Assembly: GCA_040285745.1 (NCBI GenBank)
Contig: JAUFOR010000006.1
Coordinates: 124,001-188,000, forward strand
DNA length: 64,000 bases
Direction of reading: 5' to 3'
From: Barthelona sp. PCE
Taxonomy: Eukaryota
The position numbers and the translations under genes were made by a program. Positions 1-9,990 of the stretch are shown piece after piece. The notes under the pieces are model-generated. The model searched no databases. It worked only from the letters and a program-made list of their open reading frames with translations, and had not been told where the DNA came from. Every line of letters begins with the position of its first letter. Position 1 is the first letter of the stretch.

Positions 1-2618
1 TTGTTTGAAGGAATACACGCTGAACCAAGTGCTACAATAGCGTAAAGCTGGACTTTCTCCTTCTCTTCGTTGGGCAATGTACTGAAATGAGTCTCTTCAG
101 CAAATGTCAGCATCAAAGATGGTAAACAACCATAAAATAGACACTCACGCATAGAACTTTGTAGATGAATTTGATAGACTGCAGCCAGTGAACCAACAAT
201 AAGTAATGCCTTTGAGATGAGTTCAGTCTCGATAGCATCTGTTTCATTTGAATTTCTGAGCATAGAATTGACTAAGATCTCTTGACAATTCGTTGCCAAC
301 TCAGTAATTGTGAGTTCATTGTTGCGCCCGCTCTGTTTCACTCCACACGTTTGAAGTAACACACATAGTGGTTTGATGACAAGGAAGTCAAAAGTAAACA
401 TGTTCTCCAAAACATAGACGGCAAAGTTACTCAAGGCTACAAGGTCATCTCGCTCAACAAGGAGATCCTCAGGAATAGAAGCAACTATAAGACACAGAAT
501 CTTTGCTAGATCCCACATACTGTTTTCAAGTGCATCTTGGATGTGTTTCAATAGATACACAATATCTGCGTGTTGTGGGTAGTATTGAATGAGTGACTGC
601 AAGCAAATGAATGGACCAATACCGTAGTTGATTGGGAGGTCATTTTCTGCGAAAATCCAAGCACAAAAGTTTTGAATACTGATAAATGTTTTACGGTTGA
701 TCTTTTTCTGCTCCTTAAGAAAGCGTGCACATGTAAAAACAAGCGTTGATTGACTATATGTGACGACAGGTATAAGAACATCTCTTACCCTCAACAATCT
801 CTCAGATTCGGTACCAAAACAAGTAAACAAGATCTTTCCGACCGAACTAAATGCTAGACGCAGTGTCTTATCGTCACTATCATCCACAAGCATACTAACG
901 CATTCAAGCCATAACAGTGCGCGTTTCTCAGAAGGTGTCCTCCACAATGCGTTCTCAATCACAAGGAGCGCCTGCTGTCTGACGGTAGGGCGTACATCAG
1001 TGCATCGTGTGGCAACGAATGTTAACAATTCCAAATCAATTGTAGTTGCTTGAACAAAATAGTTGACTAACTTCAATGCTTCAACTCGAACAGTAGCATT
1101 TGCATCAATCAGCAAAGGGATGACCTGTTTAACAGCCGCCTCTATGTCAAATTCCATTGTTGTATCTAAGAGTTGAACACTTTGACTAATTGCTTTAAGA
1201 GAAAGTCTACGTATCATGCCAGATTTATCATATAATCTGTGGGAGAGATATTCCAAGAATGTTGGCAAAAAATGTTTTCGAATATCAGCATTCTTGCATC
1301 CGATAATAGCAATCTCTATCGATAATTGTCTAAAAGAAGCTGCACGGAATGACGACATGTCTGTTAATAAAGATTGAACACCACTGACACAATCTACATA
1401 ATCTGTTCCCTCAACTGATTCAGGTAAAAAGAGAGCAAGAACCATGCAAAATGAGCTAGCCGCTGATCTTAAGTACTCTGTCCCCTTTGGAACTTGTCTA
1501 CACAATGATCTGAGAGTCTTGACAACAATAGGGCACGCATCGGCAACGGTGAACACTGATAGAGTGGATACTAACAGTTCTACTAATGACTTTATCTCTT
1601 TTAGCATTGCAGATGGAGGCTTGCTTCCACGTGCACATGTAGCAAGTGCCAAAGTTGCGGGTAATGCCAAGCACATAGCAGATCCAATATCATGAGTGTC
1701 CACTGGAGGCAGTTCGTCAATATGCATAGATATAGCTTCCATAAACCTACAAGCTCTGCGTATCAACATAGGATGCTCTGTATTTGTGTCATTAAACAAC
1801 ACAGTGCCCAATAAAGGCTTGCATATATCGATAACACGGACAATGAGCTGCTTTTGGTCTGTGAATAATGTGTAATATTGAAATAAAACCGGAACAATTT
1901 TTTGAATACAAGCCCATATATCATTCATTTGTTTAACAGGGAGGTTACGCGCAAGGACAGCGTGGTGGCCTCCCAGCGAGTCCAGATCAGGATGGCCTTT
2001 ATGTAAACAAATATCAAAGAATAACGTGAAATAGTCTAGCACAACGGTATTTGTCCAAAATAATAGAAAACCAAGTTTCGTTGTTAGAAGAGCGAAGAAT
2101 ATCTCAATGACAGCATAGTAGACATCACAATTACCTGTTAAAGTACTGATGGTATCTTCTTCAGATTCAAAATCAAAAAAAATCAGATTTGAGAACACTT
2201 CCAAAACATCAACTCTTTGGAAAAGGGTTTTCTCAAGACCAACGTTCTGTAAATCAAAGATTGCTGAGCTAATAATAAGAGTTTTGATTGACTCCATAAT
2301 GCCTTTGAGAAACAGTTCAACAGTATTTGGTCCTCCATAGCCCCCCGATATGTGATTATAAGACTGGATAATGTCATGTCTTTCTAATATCGTGAGAAGA
2401 TAAGACAAATCATCATCGTCCAATAAATCTTCGCATAGAGTCATTCTCTGTTCGCGCAACTTCGCAGGTGTGCGATCCGGGTTACCTGGCGTCACGACAC
2501 TAAGCCCTGATCGTCTGGTAACGTGCGGTGTGACTGGCACCATATCTTCCTCTTCTTCTGAGTCATCAATAATGCTAACATTCTCATTAAACACCACTTC
2601 TTCGTTGGCTGTCTCCAT
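1..2618 (-). CDS. NCAPD3: HEAT-repeat protein, probable condensin II subunit CAP-D3 (3' end runs off the window)
   Basis: Manual translation from ATG 2618 (METANEEVVF...) was open in every stretch read. It is absent from the ORF track, consistent with no in-window stop. HEAT-like segments 'LIDANATVRVEALKLV' and 'RCTDVRPTVRQQALLVI' resemble CAP-D3 repeats. Confidence 0.65.
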   Translation of the reverse strand, partial: METANEEVVFNENVSIIDDSEEEEDMVPVTPHVTRRSGLSVVTPGNPDRTPAKLREQRMTLCEDLLDDDDLSYLLTILERHDIIQSYNHISGGYGGPNTVELFLKGIMESIKTLIISSAIFDLQNVGLEKTLFQRVDVLEVFSNLIFFDFESEEDTISTLTGNCDVYYAVIEIFFALLTTKLGFLLFWTNTVVLDYFTLFFDICLHKGHPDLDSLGGHHAVLARNLPVKQMNDIWACIQKIVPVLFQYYTLFTDQKQLIVRVIDICKPLLGTVLFNDTNTEHPMLIRRACRFMEAISMHIDELPPVDTHDIGSAMCLALPATLALATCARGSKPPSAMLKEIKSLVELLVSTLSVFTVADACPIVVKTLRSLCRQVPKGTEYLRSAASSFCMVLALFLPESVEGTDYVDCVSGVQSLLTDMSSFRAASFRQLSIEIAIIGCKNADIRKHFLPTFLEYLSHRLYDKSGMIRRLSLKAISQSVQLLDTTMEFDIEAAVKQVIPLLIDANATVRVEALKLVNYFVQATTIDLELLTFVATRCTDVRPTVRQQALLVIENALWRTPSEKRALLWLECVSMLVDDSDDKTLRLAFSSVGKILFTCFGTESERLLRVRDVLIPVVTYSQSTLVFTCARFLKEQKKINRKTFISIQNFCAWIFAENDLPINYGIGPFICLQSLIQYYPQHADIVYLLKHIQDALENSMWDLAKILCLIVASIPEDLLVERDDLVALSNFAVYVLENMFTFDFLVIKPLCVLLQTCGVKQSGRNNELTITELATNCQEILVNSMLRNSNETDAIETELISKALLIVGSLAAVYQIHLQSSMRECLFYGCLPSLMLTFAEETHFSTLPNEEKEKVQLYAIVALGSACIPSN

Positions 2619-2635
2619 TGAACGTTAAAAATATG

Positions 2636-2645
2636 TGAAAAGGGA
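2636..2645 (-). promoter_or_regulatory. Recurrent upstream motif (T)CCCTTTTCA, representative copy
   Basis: CCTTT(T)C occurs on the sense strand about 10-80 nt before the ATG of at least 11 genes in the window (coordinates in findings). Confidence 0.55.
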
Positions 2646-2667
2646 TGAATTACAATGTACACCTGCA

Positions 2668-4569
2668 TTATTTTATTTCTTTGAAATGCGAATTAAAAAC
2701 TATGCTTAGCATGTCATAAGTTTGCTCCTCTGCATTGATTTGGTCATCGTTGACAGAAATATTATATATACGTAGCAATCCACCTTCATACTTGAAAACT
2801 TGTACAATGTTCTCAAGACATAAAACATTTCTTTCCGATTCAACAAACCAGTCATCGAAACAGACCAGGGGATCAAGCTCACATTCTTCACTAACACCAT
2901 ATAAACCGCTAGCCAAAAGAACTGTTGACTTTGAAGGAAAACCAATAAATTCTGATCGTAAATGAATCTTCTTATCACCATATACAAGCCTTTTTCCATC
3001 CATATCGTCGATGAATGCCATTTTAGGGTCATATAGGTTTGGTTTAACGGGAAGACAAGTATTAAAGACTATTGTGCTGCTTATATAACTTTCATTGTTC
3101 TTTGTTATAATATAAGCCCTGTGGCACTGAACCACAACAAAACGATCCGCCGTACCTCCCACAAGGCGATAATCACATGTATCAGTGTTAAAAACTAACT
3201 CAGATTCACCAGTTGAAAGATTACAAATAGTTAAAGTTTTTGCATCAGTATCCTCAACGAGTGCTAAGTGCGGCTCCAACAATCCTAAAAGGTACTTATT
3301 TGATTCATTCCTCATTGAATACGTTGGTATACACGGTTGCTCAGATAATAAGGGATATTTTAGGTATTGTGAAGCAATCATTAATCCTCCAGGAATAGTT
3401 TCCCATTCACCATAATTTTTTCCACACATAGAGAAGTTAACGCTGTTTTTCTTCACATCAATTGCAATCCACGAAAATTGAGTGTGATATATAACAGTAT
3501 TCAACATAACTCGCTTAAATTGACGAAAATCACCAACACGTGGTAACTTACCATGGATCTTTAACAATGAGCCAACCCATGAGCCATAATTTGCGCTGCA
3601 ATCATCCTCAATCGAATACAAAATTTTGGCACTATTTGTAACATCATAGTTTTTGGTAATATTACCTGAATAAAGTATATTGATGTGACTGCAACCCATT
3701 GTCTCAAAAGAAGGCAACTGTAACAAGGTGGGTAGTATCCGTACTACGGAATATGTTCCATGATATTCCAACAGAAGTATAGTGCAATCTGGACTGTGCA
3801 TTAAAAGCCATACATTTTCAAAATCTGGCAGAATAATACGCTTCATTCCCAGCGTCCCAAGTAGATTTGTTGCTTGTATCCGCCCATCTAAGTAGTAATA
3901 AAGAGCAAATCTTGTAAAACGTCCATTCATATCTGTGTTGGTGGAAAGTATAGCTCTAGCATTACGAATAAAATGAATTGGATAGTTTGTCCACTTAAAA
4001 GCCGATGAATTAATATGTCGAATAACCTGACCATCATTAATATTTGAACAATCTAAATGACAATTCTTGAAAAATACAATATTGCTATCAAAGGTGTACC
4101 AACCTGGAAAATCTTCATTCTTCTCTAAAATTACATCTTCGACTGTGCACATGACCTCCTCTGTCTCAAGATTACATACATAAAGCTCATCATCTAAAAA
4201 AACAAACATTATTTGTAAAGAAAAAGGAATGATTTGATCATAATCCAAAACTTCTATGGGAAGATCATAAGTATGCATATGTGATTCCTCGCCCGGGACT
4301 GCTATGTGGACATCTATACCCATGTCTAATTTCGTTATCATGATATTTATGTTTGCATCCGATATCAATTCCTGAAAATGCCCAATTGTTGATGGTTCTG
4401 AGAAGTATTGCATGTTGAAGTTGGCATCCACAGCAAAGTCAAATTCATTGTTAATATTGTCTGGTTGTAAAAAGAAGCCCTTGTTGTCAAAAGTCACCCT
4501 AAAACTACAATGCTCTAATCCAAGGTCTTCTGCATTTGGAAGTTGCTTGTTGTGCCACACATGCGTCAT
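2668..4569 (-). CDS. Hypothetical protein, 633 aa, beta-rich, no recognised family
   Basis: Long uninterrupted ORF with ATG start; ends 49 nt before the next gene's ATG. Confidence 0.75.
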   Translation of the reverse strand: MTHVWHNKQLPNAEDLGLEHCSFRVTFDNKGFFLQPDNINNEFDFAVDANFNMQYFSEPSTIGHFQELISDANINIMITKLDMGIDVHIAVPGEESHMHTYDLPIEVLDYDQIIPFSLQIMFVFLDDELYVCNLETEEVMCTVEDVILEKNEDFPGWYTFDSNIVFFKNCHLDCSNINDGQVIRHINSSAFKWTNYPIHFIRNARAILSTNTDMNGRFTRFALYYYLDGRIQATNLLGTLGMKRIILPDFENVWLLMHSPDCTILLLEYHGTYSVVRILPTLLQLPSFETMGCSHINILYSGNITKNYDVTNSAKILYSIEDDCSANYGSWVGSLLKIHGKLPRVGDFRQFKRVMLNTVIYHTQFSWIAIDVKKNSVNFSMCGKNYGEWETIPGGLMIASQYLKYPLLSEQPCIPTYSMRNESNKYLLGLLEPHLALVEDTDAKTLTICNLSTGESELVFNTDTCDYRLVGGTADRFVVVQCHRAYIITKNNESYISSTIVFNTCLPVKPNLYDPKMAFIDDMDGKRLVYGDKKIHLRSEFIGFPSKSTVLLASGLYGVSEECELDPLVCFDDWFVESERNVLCLENIVQVFKYEGGLLRIYNISVNDDQINAEEQTYDMLSIVFNSHFKEIK

Positions 4570-4733
4570 TTGAAAGAATGAATGTACAACACGAATTGAG
4601 AGAGTAATAGTTTATCATGTTAAAAACTTTCTTTCCTTAACCACTGGTATTAGCAGTTTTTTTCTACAGTACAACGTGATACATACTCAGAATGGGAACC
4701 GTAAGTGAATTTTCAAAGGGCAATTCTATACAT

Positions 4734-6194
4734 ATGTCGCTCATTATTTTGTTTGCACTATTCTTTTCATGTATATCGGGCTCTCGTGAGTTCAATTTCC
4801 ACGTTCAGACCTGGGAACCCCATAACAACGTTGGTGATATGATTTTGCAAGAAATTTTTTATAAAGAACTTGCATATTACCATAACAACACAAATTTATC
4901 ATTAAAACCACCGTATCACGCACAATATTTCATGTACACAGGCGGCTCAATACTAAATCCTAATGAGAAGGATATTTTCTTCTACTTAAATCGTGAACCT
5001 TTATTTTTACATGGAACAGGTTTTGATGATAATTATTATAATGTCCGCTTTGACAAGCATAGGGAGTTCATCTATAACTACAGGACATATACATCAGGTG
5101 TACCGGGTTTTGCTGCAGGTCTAAAACCATTACTAAAGGCACTTCCTTCGAAAATTTTTGGTGGTGTGCGTGGTCCACTAACAAAATTTATTTTACAATT
5201 ACATGATAAGACACAAAACGTGAATGTCATTGGTGATTCAGGGTTATTAGCAGGATTAGCTTATCAGGCTCATCATATATCAATAGATTCAAAGAAAGAA
5301 AGATTTCCTGATGCAAGGTTGATAGCAGGTATTAATATTGGTGAGGCTTCTCTTCCTATCTGGCATATTAATCGTGAAAATATGATTAATAGAACGGGTG
5401 ATGCTATGATCGAGCTGTGGAATCGAGGTTATACAATTGTAACATTTTTATATCGTCCTAAAGATATCCCAATCTACAAGGAGCTTATTAAGTATGTGGT
5501 TGATAAGAATAGTACAGTTTTAGATGATCGATTTTTTGAAGAAGGAGGTATTTGGGAGTATACGTCAGAAAGTGCTATTCAATTATTTGGTTACTTTGAT
5601 ATTGTTGTAGGTATGAAGTTGCACAGTGCAGTGTTTGCAGCGGCAACGGAGGTGCCATTTTTAGTATGGAGATATCGTATGAAAATTCAGGACTTCATTG
5701 ATTATATCAAGCAACCTCATTTAGTACTGGATGATCTTGTTGCAACGCCCGAAGACATGAAGGGAAAGATAGATTACATAATTGACAACGAATTGTTGCT
5801 TAAACAATCATTTAAAAGTGCTATTCGTCTTACAGCAGATTTGCATAACTGCGCTTGGTTGAACTATACTAATGTACATACCCCAGTGAATGTGCCAGAT
5901 TTGTGCAAAACAGTATCATGGGATAATTATGATGGTATGACGTATAGGACACATCATTATAATTCGTTAATATTAAAATATCGTTTCGAAAAAGATATGA
6001 TTCCTAATATTAATAAGGATCACGAACAGAAAAAGCCAGTTGGAAGAACTTTAAACGTTCCTTTGACGGTCATTTTCTTTTTTATTGGTTTTTATGCTTC
6101 GTTTGATATTTATAGAGCAACATATTTCCCTAAAACAAAAGGTAAGAAGAAATCTAATTTTTCAGTTATGATCGGTCATAAAAAGGCTATTTGA
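4734..6194 (+). CDS. Polysaccharide pyruvyl transferase-family protein with signal peptide, C-terminal TM helix and KKxx tail
   Basis: Motifs NNVGDMIL, TGGS, HGTG, VRGPLT, GDSGLL and GMKLHSAVFAAATEVP. Hydrophobic N-terminus from M at 4734 (MSLIILFALFFSCISG), TM 'VPLTVIFFFIGFYASF', ends ...GHKKAI. Confidence 0.75.
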   Translation: MSLIILFALFFSCISGSREFNFHVQTWEPHNNVGDMILQEIFYKELAYYHNNTNLSLKPPYHAQYFMYTGGSILNPNEKDIFFYLNREPLFLHGTGFDDNYYNVRFDKHREFIYNYRTYTSGVPGFAAGLKPLLKALPSKIFGGVRGPLTKFILQLHDKTQNVNVIGDSGLLAGLAYQAHHISIDSKKERFPDARLIAGINIGEASLPIWHINRENMINRTGDAMIELWNRGYTIVTFLYRPKDIPIYKELIKYVVDKNSTVLDDRFFEEGGIWEYTSESAIQLFGYFDIVVGMKLHSAVFAAATEVPFLVWRYRMKIQDFIDYIKQPHLVLDDLVATPEDMKGKIDYIIDNELLLKQSFKSAIRLTADLHNCAWLNYTNVHTPVNVPDLCKTVSWDNYDGMTYRTHHYNSLILKYRFEKDMIPNINKDHEQKKPVGRTLNVPLTVIFFFIGFYASFDIYRATYFPKTKGKKKSNFSVMIGHKKAI

Positions 6195-6255
6195 TACCGC
6201 AAAATATGTTTTAATAGTAAAAATTAGTTAAAAAAAGAAAATTATTTAACAAATA

Positions 6256-6346
6256 TCCCTTCTCCCGGACTTTTAAAGCTACTCTGGCTCCTGTTGGGAT
6301 GTGGGTGGCTATATGTACCTTTCCGAAGGAACCTTCGCCTATAATT
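6256..6346 (-). pseudogene. 91-bp diverged fragment duplicating the kinase Gly-loop/VAxK region (source 7901-7991)
   Basis: Ungapped alignment to 7901-7991 with 8 mismatches in 91 nt. Encodes IIGEGSFGKVHIATHIPTGARVALKVREKG versus IIGEGSFGKVRIATHIPTGARVALKVWEKR. Confidence 0.9.
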
Positions 6347-6379
6347 AAGTGAATTATTGAGAAAAATGATTTGATTATT

Positions 6380-8056
6380 TTACAGCTTGACATGCATGAG
6401 AAGCTCACGGGTAAGGTCCCTGAAGCTCCATGTGTCACCAGCAACTCTCTTCAAGCAGATGACGCGGAGTGAATTAAAGTTGGCCAGAAGACAAACTTCG
6501 GCCTCGAAGCGAATAGCGCGACGGGGATCCTCAACCTTGAAGCCCCACTTGCCGAGAGGCTCGTGTGCGAGTTTGAGCACCTGTAATGCATGCTCGAGTT
6601 GAGCACGAACTTCGCCAGCGGGAAGTGAGGAAGTTGTGCCGACAGAGAAAGCACCGCGATATACACGGAGATCCTCGTCACCCTCTTCGGTCTCCTCCTT
6701 CTTCGACTGCTGGAGGGCAGCGAGATCAGGGGCAAGGGAGGCACGACGCTTGCTGCGGTAGGCGGCAGAGGGCACCTGAGGCTGCATCAGCATGGGTGGC
6801 ATTTCACCCTTCTGTTGCATATTGGAAGCGGCCTTAATGGCATCGAGGCCAGCACCAACGGCGACGGAGTGACGACGCTTGCCACGGACGGGCACTTGCA
6901 TGGGTCGCTTCTCGGGCACCTTTTCAGAAACAGCTGTGGGGCCGACTTCGCTGATTGCTTCCATCGAGGGCTTGGGCTTCCTTTCGGGGGCGGCCTGCTC
7001 TGTGACGGTGGCATTCGTCTTGTTCTTCGGCCTAAGAGCATCAATGGAGTATTCGTTCTTCTGTTCCATTTTCTGCTTACGCTCAAGCAACAGATAATAG
7101 GTTGCGGTGACAGCATTGTGCTTGCCCTGCTCGAGGGTCTGACGGGCGACCTCGGGATCGAAGCCGTAGTCGTTTAGAACAGCGATACAATCATTATCGA
7201 TACCACGAGGGCGAACATAAATCTCTTCACTTCCCTGCCAGAGCTGGTACCAGGGGTGCTGTCTGATCTCCTCGATCGTTGCACGGCGCTCGGGGTTGAC
7301 GACGAGCATACGCTTCAGGAGAGATTTCGCGCTTGATGTGACGTGAGGGGGTACTGTAAAACGTCCACTCAAAATTTTAGAATACAGAGCACTGGTGTTG
7401 CTGTCCTCAAAGGGGAGGTAGCCACAGATGAGGGCGTACAGGATAACACCGAGGGACCAGATATCGACACCAGGACCCGTGTAAGGTTTACCAGCAATCA
7501 TCTCAGGTGCTGCATAGGCAGGTGAGCCGCAGCATGTTGTCAGCAGAGAGTCGCCCTTGAGGGTATTGGACAGGCCGAAGTCGATCATTTTAATGTTTTT
7601 GTGCTCGTCGAGCAACAGGTTCTCAGGCTTAAGATCACGGTGGATGATACCATGTTGGTGACAGTAGTCAACACCGTTGATGATTTGGTGGAAGAACTTG
7701 CACGCCTCTTTCTCCTTGACACGTCCGCGAGCGACAATATAGTCGAAAAGTTCACCTCCAGGTGCATGTTCTGTGACGAGGTAAATATGGTTGGGGGTGT
7801 TGATGACTTCCAGCAGGCGGACGATGTTACGGTGATCCAGAAGCTTGAGGATGTGGATTTCACGGCTGATGCGCTCCATATCTGCAACATCTACAATTCT
7901 TCTCTTCTCCCAGACTTTTAAAGCTACTCTGGCTCCTGTCGGGATGTGGGTGGCTATACGGACCTTTCCGAAGGAACCTTCTCCGATGATTTTACCAAGT
8001 AAATAAGACCCTACGCGCTTAACACGGGCAGATCTTCTCTTTGATGATGATGGCAT
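6380..8056 (-). CDS. AMPK/SNF1/MARK-family (CAMKL) Ser/Thr kinase with UBA and C-terminal KA1 domain
   Basis: GEGSFGKV, HRDLKPEN, DFGLS, TCCGSPAYAAPE, DIWSLG. UBA-like 'HNAVTATYYLL' and KA1-like end 'LKRVAGDTWSFRDLTRELL'. Confidence 0.93.
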   Translation of the reverse strand: MPSSSKRRSARVKRVGSYLLGKIIGEGSFGKVRIATHIPTGARVALKVWEKRRIVDVADMERISREIHILKLLDHRNIVRLLEVINTPNHIYLVTEHAPGGELFDYIVARGRVKEKEACKFFHQIINGVDYCHQHGIIHRDLKPENLLLDEHKNIKMIDFGLSNTLKGDSLLTTCCGSPAYAAPEMIAGKPYTGPGVDIWSLGVILYALICGYLPFEDSNTSALYSKILSGRFTVPPHVTSSAKSLLKRMLVVNPERRATIEEIRQHPWYQLWQGSEEIYVRPRGIDNDCIAVLNDYGFDPEVARQTLEQGKHNAVTATYYLLLERKQKMEQKNEYSIDALRPKNKTNATVTEQAAPERKPKPSMEAISEVGPTAVSEKVPEKRPMQVPVRGKRRHSVAVGAGLDAIKAASNMQQKGEMPPMLMQPQVPSAAYRSKRRASLAPDLAALQQSKKEETEEGDEDLRVYRGAFSVGTTSSLPAGEVRAQLEHALQVLKLAHEPLGKWGFKVEDPRRAIRFEAEVCLLANFNSLRVICLKRVAGDTWSFRDLTRELLMHVKL

Positions 8057-8632
8057 TCTTTAAATGTGTAAAAACGTAATGTGTTGTTATAGAGACGTTA
8101 GGTTACAAACGTAAACTTAAAAATAGTATCACTGAAAAGGTGAAAATATATAAAACAATTGTTTTTTATAGTAGAGACAAAAATAGATATGTGACAAAGC
8201 ACATGTAGCTGATAATATGCCATGGCATCAACTTTAACCTCAACAAGAACTTATACGAAAATATTCTTTTGGTAATCATCACTTAAGTTTACTAGAGCTA
8301 TGCTTCACATAGCAACGATCTTACAACTCCTTCGGAGTTGTATGTACCGAATGCCAGCGATATCATGTTGACTGATCTTGTGTTATAATTTCTTCTCAAT
8401 AACCAAAATATTTTTTTCCATAGTCCGCTGCATAAGCACTATGTCATATTTAATAACCAATTTAATGTTACTTATGAATACATTATCAGCATAAATACGA
8501 TATTTTTTGTTGCTCAATTCCATTTAACATTAATAATAATTCACACCAATAGAGGATGGGAATTTTTTTATTTACGACAGGGGAACCTTCCTAAATTTTT
8601 GCTTAGTTGCCTAAATTTTCATTTTTTTAACT

Positions 8633-9181
8633 TTATAGTAATAATTCAGCTGTTGTACGCTTTTTAAGGGTTATTCCACATTCGTGATCGGTCACGAACA
8701 GCACTGGTACCCAACCTTCCCATTCAGGATTGCTTGAAAACTCTTTAAACTGAGGAATATCTGCAAGAACATAGATTGGGTAATGATCACACTGTTCCTG
8801 AGATTGCAGTTGATGATAGACTAATATAGGAGTATATTTCACATTGCATAGTGCTGCAAAATACTCTCTATCTTGTTGAACAAGCATACCATCTTGCAAT
8901 TCAATACCAGGATACTCTTCCTCAAGTTCCTTTATATATGAACCACCATACTGTTCTATATACTTATCTGGATAGCAACTTGCACCCATGCATCGAAAAT
9001 TTCTTGTGGATACTGGTTGTTTGGCCAAATCAATGGAATCAATTCCAAGTGCAAAAATAACTTTTTGGGAGGTGATTGGTGGGATATACCGCCATAAATT
9101 GTCATTCATTAGGGATTTAAATTCATTAAGGTAAGGGCCAATTTTTTCTTTTTCTGCGCACTCTGAGCAGGAATTCTTCAT
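8633..9181 (-). CDS. Hypothetical protein, 182 aa
   Basis: ATG-initiated ORF with protein-like composition, preceded by the TCCCTTTTCA motif (9234-9243) seen before other genes. Confidence 0.6.
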   Translation of the reverse strand: MKNSCSECAEKEKIGPYLNEFKSLMNDNLWRYIPPITSQKVIFALGIDSIDLAKQPVSTRNFRCMGASCYPDKYIEQYGGSYIKELEEEYPGIELQDGMLVQQDREYFAALCNVKYTPILVYHQLQSQEQCDHYPIYVLADIPQFKEFSSNPEWEGWVPVLFVTDHECGITLKKRTTAELLL

Positions 9182-9990
9182 GTGGGGCCCCAGAATTTAA
9201 TTAATCTGAGCAGACTAGCGAACTTCATTGAGATGAAAAGGGATAACTGTACGATAACATAAAAAAGCTCATAAACCAATTTTTTTCTTTTAAACGATGG
9301 AAGCTCATTTAATATGTGTCCTAAGCACAATAATCGAAAAGTAAAATGATATAACCGAATTGAAAATGGTTTTCAGAATTTTTTTTAATTATAAATGATT
9401 TATAGTTCAGTTATAATTGATAATTATGGTTCATGTATTATTGTTACATGTTTTTTGATTTTGAAAGAAATATACCTAAACATCAAAGTTGAATAAAAAA
9501 TGCAGGTTTTCAAAGAATCATACAATGCTAATTTATCGGGTTTTTATGTTTGTGTTTATGACATGTCACCGTTATATTTAAAAAAAGTGCTTATTCCCGA
9601 AGATCTAAGGGACAGTCCTATCTATGTAGTTGATTTTAACCATGCAATTGGAATATAGCACATGCGAAGGTGTTCATACTCCTCATAATGTTAGAGTTTG
9701 TTGTTTATTTATTTTGTATTATGTGTTGAATAACCACAATCGTTTCAGTTGTTTAGTCTCTTCTATTCTGAAGTTTTTAAAGCTGCTATCTTGTGTTTTG
9801 CACCACATTTGAACTTATAATCACGTAAATAATGTGTTTATTTTCTGATACAACAAATCAGGCACAACAAATGTAGTGTAACTTTAATTATTGTGGATAT
9901 TCTGAATACTTTGGGGCTTATTGGACACCAGTACCCTGCTGTTCATCGACAAAATTGAAACATACATTGTTTTTGCATTTATATCCTTCT

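Noticed and set aside
6211..6444. 77-aa ORF containing a kinase Gly-loop
   Set aside because: It starts at a non-ATG codon out of frame inside the kinase 3' end and merely runs through the duplicated fragment; there is no catalytic domain.
6256..7991. Diversity-generating retroelement (template/variable repeat pair)
   Set aside because: Mismatches are not adenine-specific on either strand and no reverse transcriptase is present in the window.
9183..9192. Perfect palindromes TGGGGCCCCA (also ACCGCGCGGT 61761-61770 and ACTACCGGTAGT 63103-63114)
   Set aside because: Palindromes of 10-12 bp are expected many times by chance in 64 kb and share no common sequence.
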